Source of the DNA: Octopus bimaculoides
Lineage: Eukaryota
Reading direction: 5' to 3'
NCBI RefSeq assembly: GCF_001194135.2
Contig: NC_068986.1
Location: 26,805,322 to 26,856,883 of the forward strand
Length of the DNA stretch: 51,562 nucleotides
The translations under genes were made by a program, and so were the position numbers. Numbering within the stretch: position 1 is the first letter of the stretch; every line of letters starts with the position of its first letter. Below, piece by piece: positions 27,801 through 41,230 of this stretch. Under the pieces are notes generated by a model. It made no database searches. It saw only the letters and a program-made list of their open reading frames with translations, and was not told the origin of the DNA.

Positions 27801-30073
27801 TCTGGGAACAGGGCCTTGTGCTCTGGAGACTATTGTCAAACCCTGGCTCGAGAGGGTTGCTACTGGAAAGCTGTGTGTGTTGCAGCAGGATTTGGCTCCT
27901 TTCCATACCCCTGGAAAGTGTCAGAAATGGTTGTCAGAGAATTCCCGTGTCTTCAGCAGCCTTAATTTTCTAACTTCCTACTGATTGTAGTACCTTTGAT
28001 TACTATGTCTAGAGCATTGTTGAAGGACATCAACTGCTCTGCCTGCAACACTAAGGCTGAGCTGGAGGTGTTTGGAGATCTTCACAGGGACACAGTAAGG
28101 AACACCTGTGCCATCTTCTGGAACTCTTCTGAGGCTGTGGTGGAAGCTGAGTAAACTGTTATCTCCCAGCTATAATCTAATTGATACTTTATGATTTAAA
28201 AAAAAAAAAGAAAAAGATTGGGTTGGAATATTGTGTTTTCTCCTCCTTTTATGCAAACTGTCAAATGTAGCCCACACAACCTGTATATTGTACTGCCATG
28301 TTTATAATGCAATGATTACATTAGAAAGGATATCTAGAAGTAAAACAAATGTTTCGTGTGTAATTCATATTGTATAAAGCAGATATTAAATAATGATGAT
28401 GGCAGCTGCTGCTGCTGCTGTTGTTGTTGCTTAGCTCAGATTAGCTCTGACCAAACAGATCTACAGTCAGACATTTCAAAGATGACCATTCCTTTGTTTT
28501 ATTTTATCTAGGATTACATTATCCTACTGAGTAGCTATCTTGTCTTTTTTATGTTTATGGCTGTATTTTCCAATGTATTGTTCCTATTTAATGGGGAGTT
28601 AGCTGATAATTTCTAGCAGGTTGAATGGTCATCTAGAGGCTCTCTTGTCTTGCTCTCTGGTATCTACACAAGTACTGGAACACTAGTAAAATGGTCTGAT
28701 ATATTTTAAGCATTTTCTATTTCTGTTCTGGCTTCTAGTGCTTGGAATTTGTGGTACGATTTCTAAGTCACCATTTAAAAAATAAGCATATTAAATATTA
28801 AAAAATAAACATATTAAAACAAAATATTTAAAATTAATTGTGGCTATTTTTTGGGGGTGCAGGGAGAGTGGATTTACATTCAACCCTTATATATTTTCTG
28901 TTTGATAACTCTTCCTTTTTCCATCTTGGTACTAGTACTTTGTGATAATTAGTATTTTTTTCTTTATTTGCAAGATTTAATGTTAATAGTTGGGGAAACT
29001 GATGTTGAATTTTTTTTATTCAACCTTTTTCTGTTTTTACTTTTCCTTTCTCTGGATGTAGGTTGAAATACTACTGTGAGCGCTTGATGTTCTACAACCC
29101 TATTGACTATGGACGTAAGGCAGAAGAAGTTCTGTGGCGGAAGGTCTTTTACGATATCATCCAACTTGTCAAGCGCAACAAACGGGTAATCATTTGGTAT
29201 TTTTTATTCATTGACAAAATCAAAATCCCAATTTGTTTTCTATTTCTTAGTATCATAAATAATAGTAAGTATCTAAACAAATTCTCAAAGAATCTGTGCT
29301 TAATTGCAAAACAACAGTTATCACCCATAATGTTAAATTCATATTATTAGATTCTTTGACAGTTTAGTAAAAGATTAATGTATTCAGTCTGTTCTCATTT
29401 AGTGTACTCATCATCATCATCATCGTTTAACGCCTGCCTTCCATACTAGCATGGGTTGGATGATTTGACTGAGGACTGGCGAACCAGATGGCTACATCAG
29501 GCTCCATTCTGATTTGGCAGAATTTCTACAGCTGGATGCCCTTCCTACCGCCAACCACTCTGAGAATATAGTGGGTGCTTTTACGTGCCACCGGCATGAA
29601 GGCCATTCAGGCGGTACTGGCAATGGCTACTCTCAAAATGGTGTATTTTACGTACCACCTGCACAGGAGCCAGTCCAGCGGCACTGGCAAGGATCTCGCT
29701 CAAAATGGTGTATTTTACGTGCTACCTGCACAGGAGCCAGTCCAGCGGCACTGGCAACGATCTCGCTCAAATGTATTGAGTCAAAATATCGAGCTCAATG
29801 ACTCTAGTTATTAATTATTTCATCAAAAGGGTCAATAGTCTTTTCTGTCTTTTTATTAGTTCTTCAAACATATGTCTCTCTTTTACTCTTTTACTTGTTT
29901 CAGTCATTTGACTGTGGCCATGCTGGAGCACCGCCTTTAGTTGAATGAATCGACCCCAGGACTTATTCTTTGTAAGCCTAGTACTTATTCTATCGGTCTC
30001 TTTTGCCGAACCGCTAAGTTACGGGGACGTAAACACAACAGCATCGTTGTCAAGCGATGTTGGGGGGACAAAC

Positions 30074-30108
<35 letters not shown>

Positions 30109-32942
30109 CATATATACGATGGGCTTCTTTCAGTTTCCGTCTACTAAATCTACTCACAAGGCTTTGGTCGGCCCGAGGCTATAGTAGAAGACACTTGCCC
30201 AAGGTGCCACGCAGTGGGACTGAACCCGGAACCATGTGGTTTGTAAGCAAGCTACTTACCACACAGCCACTCCTATGCCTCCATTATTTTGTTTTATTTC
30301 TCATATCAAAGTTTGAAGAATTTTACAAAAGAAACAATTACGAATGATTACAATATAACTTAAAATTTTTTTTTGCCTTCCTTCAATTTCAGCATATTCG
30401 CCCTCATGGCTCCCTTGAGACAGCATTCCGCACTCACCTTGCTGCTGCTACTGGATACTATTACCACCTCCTTTTACGCCTACAGACTGAGTTCTGTCTA
30501 CAGTTGGATGGAAAGTTGGATTTCCCTGTTGTACCTGATCACAGCACAGGTATAAATAACTATACTAAGCATTTCTAATACTGGAATTTAATTTTTGTAA
30601 ATTGTTATTTAACCTTTTAGTATTCAGATTATTCTATCCAATGTAATGCTTATTTATTTGCATTGTTATGAATTCCCCATGCATTATCTCTTAGCTTTTA
30701 AATCTTAGTGTTGTGATTATTTTTAGAACGACATTATAGGGTAGGTGTGAGAGGCTGACTATGGCCAGTTCCAACATAAGACCAGTGGAATATTTGGGCC
30801 GGATATGGTTGGCTTAAATACTAAGGGGTTAAATAAATTTGTTTAATCTTTAAATGTACCTTCTATGTAGCTCATAGTCTTTAAGAGCCATTAGTTTAAT
30901 TTTTGATTTGTTAGGAATCATCATCAGCTGAATGTCCACTTTTTTTTAACAGGGAAAAAGAGTCAATTACATAACTCAAAGAAGAAAGAGGTGAGCATTA
31001 CTGTTCAAGAGTGGGCATTAGGAGCGTGCCATCGTTGTCTGGTTTACCTTGGAGATATTGGTAAGTGAAAGACATCTAATTTGCTTGAATCATTAGGTAA
31101 CCTTATATCCCTTAAATTGCAGTTTTCAGGACTTTTTTTCTATCATACACATATGGAGATGTTTTATTTTCTTTTTTGGTTAATGTAGGCAGATTTATTT
31201 TTACTGTGGATTCTTTTCATACTGTTAAATAAATACGTTGCCGTAAAATATGGGTAGCCTGTTGTTAGCAAAGGAACTCGATCTCTGTAACAAAATTTGA
31301 AATTAAAATTATGTAGTCAAGTACTGGCACTGAATTTTGCACAAGACACCGTTTTCTGTCACCCAATACTATTCAGCCTAGTTGAGGGGTCTAGTCCTGC
31401 AAGATACTTGGTGACTTTTGCTGCAGGTGCCATCAAAAAGCACCCAGTACACTCTGTAAAGTGGTTGGCATTAGGAGGGGTATCCAGCTGTAGAAACCAT
31501 GTCAAAGCAGACAGCAGGGCTTCTAACTTGACAGTTACCTTCTTCTGACTTGGCAGTTCCTGTCAAACTGTCCAACCCATGCCAGCATGAAAAACGCACA
31601 TTAAATGATACTACTGTGCTTTGTAATCTCCCTGGAAAATACATATCATAGAGTTCTTAATGTAAATTGGTGTAAACCCTTTTGATACCGTCCTGGCTGA
31701 GGTAACCTTATTTAAAAAGATATGTGCTCATAAAGTCAAACCTTTCAGCATAATCTCCTTTAGGAAATATTTTGTTTTGTTCTAGACATAAGCTTAATAA
31801 GGATAAGATTGTTTATTTTTGTAAATCCCTTGAAATTGTTGGTTATTTTCAAAATTTATCTCTATATATAAAAGTGAAACAGCTGAAAGTTGTATGTTTG
31901 CGTGTCTCATTTAGTGGTTATGCAGGATTCAGTGGCAGTAGGCGTGCTTGGATTGTGGTGAAAATTTACAGGGACATGTAAAATGAGGCGAGGAAGTGAC
32001 TGGACTGGGTTAGAAATGTCCATCTCAGAAGCTGTGGTTACTAGGGCAACAAAACCCTCTTGGGCAAAATTCCTCATCTTTTAAAATGTGGCCTGAGTAG
32101 AACTGAATGAAATCTGGTTATAATACCGAAACAGGGGAAACAATAATAAGCTATTTTAATCTCGAGCAAGGCCGGGTTTCTCTGCTAGTTGAAATATATA
32201 AGCAGTGGATTTCAACAAAAATGTAGTGATGGAAAAGTTAAAAATATACATTTCAAGAAATAGTAAAATATCTGAATTTTCAAATTTCATTTTATAATTG
32301 TTGTAACATCCACTAGATGGAGTGTATAGAAGGAGATTATCTATGGCTAGATGTCACCCACAATGATGTAAGAGAGTAGGGCTCCATCAGATTTGGCTTT
32401 AGGCCAACACAGTGCCCTGTGTGTAGAACTGGCAGCTACATACTAAGAAAAATCCCACAGATCATTGTGTGTGTGTGTACAAACGTGTGTAAGTGTTATT
32501 CTATGTGTCCTCATTATCACACAGTATCTTTGATTAGAATCTTCAGTCAGCTAAAAGCTTTTTAGCTTCAGTTTTTTGATGGGTGAAGATCATAGCCACA
32601 GCATTTTAGCTTTTATAGAAAAAGGAAAATAAAGATGTGACACTCATACTTTCTTTCCTTTTGAGTAAGGCATGAATATTGTTCATCTCATTTTCTTTCC
32701 GTTAAAAATTTATATAAAATAAATAAATATAAATATGATAAAATACATCCTTTTGATGGTGGATTATTCATTGTTCTTGACAAGGAGCTTTCAGTTGTTC
32801 GACCAACTGAATTCCTACTCATGAAGTTAACATGTAAACGGCTGAGTATTCCACAGACATGTATGAGCTTAGTGCAATTCTCTGGCTGAACCAACATGAT
32901 GATGTGACAAGCCTGGACCTTTTAATCACAAGTTACAAACAA

Positions 32943-33002
<60 letters not shown>

Positions 33003-33207
33003 TATTTGCCTTCAGTGCTCTTTTAGTACTTTATTGACTTCCAATGGATGAAAGGCAAAGTCGTCTGCCATGGGATTTGAACTCAGAGAAAACTCTTGGA
33101 AAGATGGAATGAATGATAGGCATTATTCTAAAGATTCTATTAATTTGCTGCCGTAACATTTTTTAATACATCATTTAAAGGAATTTCCCAGATATTGATT
33201 TCTATTG

Positions 33208-33246
<39 letters not shown>

Positions 33247-36200
33247 CAGTTTATTTAACTGACTCAAGTCTTTCATTTTGGTCTTTTATTGAAATAATTT
33301 ATTTTGTCTTGGGACATACTAAATAACAACATAAGACAATTAGACTCACCCTGGACATAATTTAAGAGAGCGACATTGGTCATTAGTTTGCAGTAGATGG
33401 GAAAATTGTATTTTGCAACGGTAGCGTAGAGGTAGTATACAAGGTCTTTATTGAAGAAATGTTTGCCTGTAAACAAAATGTTGCAATTTTCAATTTGTTT
33501 CTGTCAATTACTACAAGGAATACAAAAAAAGAAAATCTCTTCTCACATCCACAACCGCGCACGCACAGACACAGACGCACGTGCGCGCGCGCACAAAGCT
33601 GTAACACGGTTTCTAAAGCAAGGGAGGCAACTTTTTATAGAACTAAAAATGGTGTTAGTAAAAGAAAAAAAATTAATCTACTTATGTCGATTGCTGGGAA
33701 TTGTTTATTGATTGATGGTTTAGAGACTTAATTGAATTCTTGTTACTATTTATTGCTAATTTAATATACAGTCAGGCACTAACCTTATGTCACGTAAATC
33801 AGAGGCTTAGTTTTAACAACGATATCCCTTCTCTCATTCGGGTTGAATGCTTGGTGTAAAAAGAACTTTGAACTATATAACAACTTGGGCAAATTTATGT
33901 CAACAAATCAACTTCCATACGCAATCACTCAATTTCGTGTTTCAAATTTTGGCACAAAGCTAGCATTTTCGATTACATTGACCCCAGTACGCAACTGGTA
34001 TCTATTTTATCTACCCTGAAAAGCTACATTGTTATTCTAGAAATAAACAACCACAACATTGAAACTTTGAAGCTTCATGGTAATGCATGATTAATACAAA
34101 GTAATGTGAATAAACAAGCATTACATTTGACAGAATAATCTGATTGCTAAAGAGTTAAACACAACAATTTATTTGCCCAAATTCTCACAGCTCATCCTTG
34201 AAGGGATCCTAATGGACTCTATAAGAAACACCAATCCTATTAGTCTTTTGGAACATAGGATGTAAAACTGGTTAAGACATTAACCTTTGTTATTTAGACA
34301 CTCAGTTTCTATCCTTTATTATTTCTCAATATGAAATAATTTCTTTATAAATAATTATGAAATGTATTTATATTTTCAGCCCGGTACCAACAAGACTTTG
34401 ACCATAGTCTGAGTAATAGCACAGCTGAACGTTTTTATTACCAAGCCCTTTGCCTCCTTCCTGATGTTGGTAAGTTTTGAACTCTTCATTTCTTAGTAAC
34501 TTCATCTTCTTTATTTACCGAAGCCCTTCACTCCCTATGCAGCATTGGCTGTTGATGACCTTCCTCCACTGCTCACGACTCTGCTTCTCTTTAGCTGAAT
34601 CCTCTTCTTTTCAGCTCTACCTTGGTATCCTGCCTCCAGTTATTTTTAAGGCATCCTCTCCCCTCCCTCCTTTGTGAGTTATGGGTCAGAACCTGACAGG
34701 TAATGCAGGATCTTGGTTCCTCCTTTTGGATTATGGGGCATCATGAAGGTGCCTTCCTCTTTCAGGTCCTTTTGGTTCTGAATTGTCATCAATGCCTCCG
34801 TAACTTTGATTTTTCTTTTAGGTAGGGGTGTTGACCTTACACCAACCCATCTTTAACTTCTACATGGAGGTGATCTTTATTTGTCTGGCTTCTATCCTTT
34901 GACCTGTCCATCATGGAAGGTCCTACCAAGAGCTTGCACTTTACTGGCATAGCTTTTTAGGGTCATGGAAGTGCACAAGTCACCACTCCTCAAAGACTAA
35001 AACATGTGGTAGAATTTCATCTTCCATCTTTGTTAAAGACACCAGAGATGATTTGAAGTCTCCCCGCCCCCGTTTTACTTGTTTCACTCATTAGACTGGC
35101 CATGCTGGGACACCACATTGAAGAATTTTAATTGAATGAACTGACCCCAGTAACTTTTTGTAAAGCTTGGTACTTATTCTATTGTTCTCTTTTGCTGAAC
35201 TGCTAAGTTATGAGGGATTTAAGCACACCAGTAGCAGTTGTCCAGCTGCGGTGCGAGAGACAGACACATACAACAGACTTTTTTTTGTTACTGTCTACCA
35301 AATCCACTCACAAGGCTTTGATTACCCATGGTGTCATGCAGTGGGACTGAACCAGGGACCATGTGGTTGGGCGACATACTTGTTACCACACAGCCATGCC
35401 TGCACCTTTGAGGAATTTTTAAGCAAAAGTATTTTCATAGCATTATGTTGTGCTTGAGATGAAAACCCATCAAGCTGAGCAAAATTGCAGTTGTGGCAGA
35501 TACTGGTGTCACACAAATTGGCACCCATGCTGGTGTCATGCAAATAGCACCTGTGCCGGTGGCATGTAAAAGCAGCTATTACACTCTAAGTGGTTGGCAT
35601 TAGGAAAGGTACCCAGCCATAAAAAATCATGCCAAGACTGGAGTCTGGTGCAGCCTTCCAGCTTACCAGCACAGTCAAACCGTCCAACCCATGCCAGCAT
35701 GGACAATGGACGTTAAATGATGATGATGATGATGACATAGTTATGAAAATTTTTACAGGAAAGGTGTATTATGAATTGCTTAAATAAATGAAAAAGCCTT
35801 ATGTTAAATTGGAATTGAAATTGAGTTTCAGAGGGAATCTCTTTACCGAGAGCTCATTGTTGTTGCTATGGCATAAGCTGTTTTAATTCTAACAACGATG
35901 TGTCATATTATGCATATATTCTCGAACTTGCGGAGGAGGAATATGGTGCTGTGAAGTTCATAGCTTTTTTTCTGAAGTATTAGCAATTTTTATAATAGAT
36001 AACATGGCATCATAACATAGTCAGCAGTTATCTCCCTTGGTATATTTGTATGTTTTGTAACGCGATAAATGCCTTTACTTGTCAACAGAAATGCAAAAAT
36101 TGTTGTAGCAAAAAACAGTGCTAGCTATAAGTTCTATAGAATATCTGTAGAAACAGCCTTAACAAAAATAATATAAGAAGCACTGCTGACGCAGTAGAAC

Positions 36201-39174
36201 GTGATACTGACTTATAAAAACGTTTAGTATACTTCATAGTATATTGTGTTTGCATAACAAAGTACCACGTGCCTACAAATCTTTAATGCTTACAAGTAAA
36301 TCTGTTCACAAATGTTGTTAATGCCTGGAATTAAGAAAAAAAAAGAAAGACATTTTTAATAGTTGTTTGAGGATAATCTGTGATTTATGTAATCTATTTT
36401 TCCATTTTTTTATTTTTAAGGTATACCTCACAACCAGTTGGGAAGTTTGGTTGCGTCACGTTATTTCCACACAGAAGCAGCTTACCATTATATAAGATGG
36501 TAAGTTAATGATTAGGAGTTGATTATACTGGTTATATTTTATCTTTTTCATTAACCTTTCGCTTAAGATTAATTACCTGTCTGTAGAATATATATTAGCA
36601 CCTTCGCATGTTGTTGTCATATTAAAGATAAATTTTAATTGTTATAATTTTATTATATTATTTATATAATTTATGATAAAACGGTGGGGTGTTATAAAAT
36701 TATCCCACTGCTTCTAAATTTTAAGCAATCTCTTGCAAACTAATGAGGGATCCTCTACAGCAGCATGCTAGAAATAACAGCCAAATTTGCCATAAATCAT
36801 ACCCAACTGTCTAAAAAGAAGAGAGGACACATTGGATAATGTGGTGCTGGATATGCTGAAAATTAGATGCGATAATCACAACTGGAATGCCTTTCATCAT
36901 ATGTTCACTCAGTCATTGCTGACCTGAGACTATAGAACAAATGAATTGTTATTTTAGCAGTGTTCTTAGAAATAACAGCCAAATATCCCTCAGATCTCCC
37001 CCTACTATTTTCAAAAAGGGGAAGGACACATAACCCCTTAAAATATGGTTTTGTCATGGTTGGAATACCTCTAATCATTGGTGCACTTGATCAAGATTGA
37101 CCCATTGATAAAATAACTTCATCTTTTATTTTAAAATTTCTACACTGTCTCTATATAAGCGGCATGCATGCATATGTATGTGTGTGTGTGTGTGTGTATA
37201 TGGTGAACTAGTTCATATTATAGGTAAGGAATATTTCACAAGATAGAAAATTAATTTAGATGCTTTTTATACAACTCATTTAATTATGTGTCTTTAGAAC
37301 TGTTCTTTTACACTTTACCACAAAATTGTATGGTGTAGGTACTACATCTAAGGTAAGCAGAGTAATCTTCCTTGATCACAAGTGCTTAAAAGCTGCACTC
37401 TGTGCAGACTTTTAAGCTGGCTCTTGTGGAGGGCTAATTGGGTCTGTGGCCTAAAACTAAAGAGAGCAATAACAATAAAGCATTTATTGGTACCCTACCA
37501 ATATGGTATTACCCTACCAATATAGAATTACTTTAAATTCAATTTAAATGAAAAACTTCTAAGTTCACAAATTTTGGGAGTTCTTTTAAAATCTGAATTT
37601 TCAACTGTTAGCATATAACAAATCCTCATCCAGAGCTGATCCCAATGCTTGCTCAAGAACCAAATGAAAGGCTCATTTTCAATCCTGGGATCATCCTAAT
37701 TTCAAAAAAGTATGTCTGTGTAGAGTAAATGTAGACTGAGACACAGGGGTCCTGGACAGACAGAATTTTACATCTTTTATTCTAAATTTAGTCAGGATGC
37801 CTATGACTCTTTACAGGGTATCTGAGACTGGTGGGAGGGCGGGAAGGAGAGAGAAAGATATCTCAAGTATTCTGATTGGAGACAAAGCATTCTGACTGAA
37901 GACCTGGTCTGAATGCTTGCTTTAGAGTGAATTCTGTTGAAGATATCCCAGATTCTTTTCAAATAGATGATAGATCAAGTCTACCATCTCTTGTGACATT
38001 CTTAAAAATAGTAGTCAAATCTTCCTCAAATCTCACCCTATCATCTTAAAAACAGAAAGGATGCATTAGGCAAGGTTGTTGTAGATATATGTAAAAAAGA
38101 GAGGTGTTGGGACATCTAATCATAGGTTCATTTAATCAAGGTTGATCTTGCAGTAAACAATTTCATTTCTCGTTTAAGAGGCAGGATTGGACTTAGGCTG
38201 GTGCTAGGTTTTAACTTACCATCACAACCTGAATAATTATCAAGAGCTTATGTAACCCATTCTTTAATGTTTCCATATATATATGTGCTTTAATGTTTTC
38301 ATATATACTTTAATGACTCTAACACTTATTTTATATCTTATTTACCAAAACAGTTTGGTAAGCCAAAAGCCATTTGATGGTGCCCATGGGAATTTAAAAC
38401 GTCTATTGGAGAAAAATCTTAAAAGATTCACTGAATTATCTCAAAAATCTCCCCGTGATCTGCCACCTGAACAACAGAGGTAAGTAAGAAATTTGTTTTC
38501 TGAAACAGAACTGTTCAGTCAACTTGAGATACTTACTTTTATGTTTAACTGAGAGAATATTTAATATCAGAAGAGACAAGTCTATTCTTGAATAATCATT
38601 TCCCTCTAGAAACTGTCAGCCTTGGTGATACAAACACTTATTTTCTACAGGAATAAATAGTTTGGAACTGTGTATGTGTATTAATGATAGCAAGAAAAAA
38701 ATTAGCCAGAAGTAATAGAGATATTTTTATATATTGCTATAAAATATCTTTGAATTTCCTTAGGAAAAATTTAGACGTTTTATCTTTGTATATAAATAAA
38801 TAAACCTGAATTTCTTTTGACTAATTTTTCTTTGTATCATTAATAACATACTATCCTGTACACTGTCAAGAACTTTTATATNNNNNNNNNNNNNNNNNNN
38901 NNNNNNNNNNNNNNNNNNNNNNNNNNNNNNNNNNNNNNNNNNNNNNNNNNNNNNNNNNNNNNNNNNNNNNNNNNNNNNNNNNNNNNNNNNNNNNNNNNNN
39001 NNNNNNNNNNNNNNNNNNNNNNNNNNNNNNNNNNNNNNNNNNNNNNNNNNNNNNNNNNNNNNNNNNNNNNNNNNNNNNNNNNNNNNNNNNNNNNAATAAT
39101 ATTAGGGACAAAATCCAAAATTACAGGCAAAAAACTCAATTAAAATCAATTTCTAAAAAATTAAAATATATATT

Positions 39175-39216
<42 letters not shown>

Positions 39217-41183
39217 TCTTTAACTAAGACACTCGTTCATAAAGCAGTTTGTAAAATGTTAGAAAACTCAGTAAATATTTTAATGATCAGATAACAATTT
39301 TATTTCATTAACTTAGATAACAGGTACCATACTGGCACCTGTTATCTGAGTTATTCACTTTGTAACCACATGGTTTTGAGCTCTATCTCATTGTGTGACG
39401 CCTTGGGAAAGTGTCTTTTACTATAAAACCTTGGGTCAACCAATTCCTTGTGATTGGCATTGATAGACTGAAACTATAGGGAAGTTTGTCTTATGTGCTC
39501 ATGTCTGCAGTGAAATGATGATATGATGTTTGCATTTGATGGTGACATTATAACTAGTTACTCTACACTCTTTCAAAGACCTGTGGAATAAAAAAAAACC
39601 TATAATTTAAAGATATGTGAGGGTTGGTGACAGGTATGGGATCTAGTTGTAAAATACTTCTCCAAATAAAGTCCTGTCCAATCCATTCTAGCATGGTAAA
39701 ACAAACAGTCATTAAACAAATGTTGTATCAATCTTGAATATTTACTTTAACCCTTTAGCATTCAGATTACTCAGTCAAATGTAATGCTTAATTATTTCAC
39801 ATAGTTAATAGTTAACCCTTTAGCATTTAAATTGGTCATATCTGGCCAAAAATATTCTTCAGGTTTTTATATTCAAACCAACCAGACCTGGCCTCTCACA
39901 CATACCCAACAATGACATTTTAAAAATAAACAATCACATCACTGAAATCTCAAAGCTGTGAGATAATGCATGCGTAATTCAAAACTATGAATAAATAAGT
40001 GTTACATTTGACAGTGATCTAAATGTTAAAGGATTAATTTAGTGTGCATCTGTTTGTAAATAGTTTCTCAGTTTATAAGAATGTTTTATTTATTTATTCT
40101 CTGTATTGTTAACATTGACACTAGAAATATTTAAATCTGGTTTTACAACAGTCATTCTGTCTTATTTACATTTTAAAAGAAATTTTCTATTAAGAAACAA
40201 GATGACATATTGCTTGGTATTTTTACTTCTATATATATATAATTTTTAATTCTGTAATCATTTTCCAAAAGCAAATTTTCTTTCTTTTCCCTAAAGCTAT
40301 TTTGGTTTATTAAATATAAGTTTCATATCAATAATTAATTATTATTAAAAAAAATTTATGTTGTAGGTGTTAGTTAAATATTAAAATAGAGAAAATATAG
40401 TATTGTATATTAAGTAAAATAACTACTGTTTGATAATACTTCAATGCCATGGCATGTGTTGGATATCACACAAACAATAGAAAATCAAAGTAGATACTTT
40501 GCAGTATTTCATTTGGTTTCCAAGCTTTGTGGTTTAAATCTTGCTAAGCTTGACTATTCTCTCCATTTCTACCCTCTTGAGTCAATAGAGTAAATCTTTT
40601 TCTTGAGACATAATCTACAGATGTTGAGGTATAGGGTATATCTGAAAGTAAATATTACTACCACAGTAACAATTCATCATCATCATTTGATGTCTGCTTT
40701 CCATGCTGGCATAGGTTGAACAGTTTGACAGGAGCTGGCTAGGCAAAAGACTGCACTAAGCTTCACTGTCTGTTTTGGCATAGTTTTTACAACTGGATGC
40801 CTTTCCTGACACCAACCAGCCCACAAAGTGGACTGAATGCTTTTTACATGGCACCAGCAAGTGAGGTCAGTTTTGGTATGTTTTTTTTTTTTTGCAGCTG
40901 GATGCCCTTTCAAATACCAACTGCTTTGCAGTGTGGACTGGATGATTTTTACCCTGGCAGGGTCACCAAGTAACTTGTAAGACAAGATCCATTGAGAGGG
41001 GAGGGAGCATTGGAAGAGGGGATCTTGGGTCAGGTGATGAATGGTCAGAGTGTGACAGAGAGACAGAAACAGTTGTCTTGCTGTAGAAGAGATACATGAT
41101 TACCTTGTCAGAGAAAGAAAGAGAGTGATCAAGATTGAGAACAAAAACAGGTGTATTGCTGAGGAGGAGATACATGGTTAACC

Positions 41184-41230
<47 letters not shown>

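Noticed and set aside
29632-29773. CRISPR-like array (also considered for 21704-21778)
   Set aside because: These are head-to-tail tandem units with no unique spacers and no cas genes, in a eukaryotic intron.
30914-30952. Alternative upstream acceptor for exon 5 (ttag|GAATC)
   Set aside because: It hits an in-frame TGA within five codons and has a weak tract; no support beyond the AG.
38882-39094. Missing SMG5 exon hidden in assembly gaps
   Set aside because: Exons 8-9 and 9-10 join in frame and are collinear with the known protein, so no exon is required.
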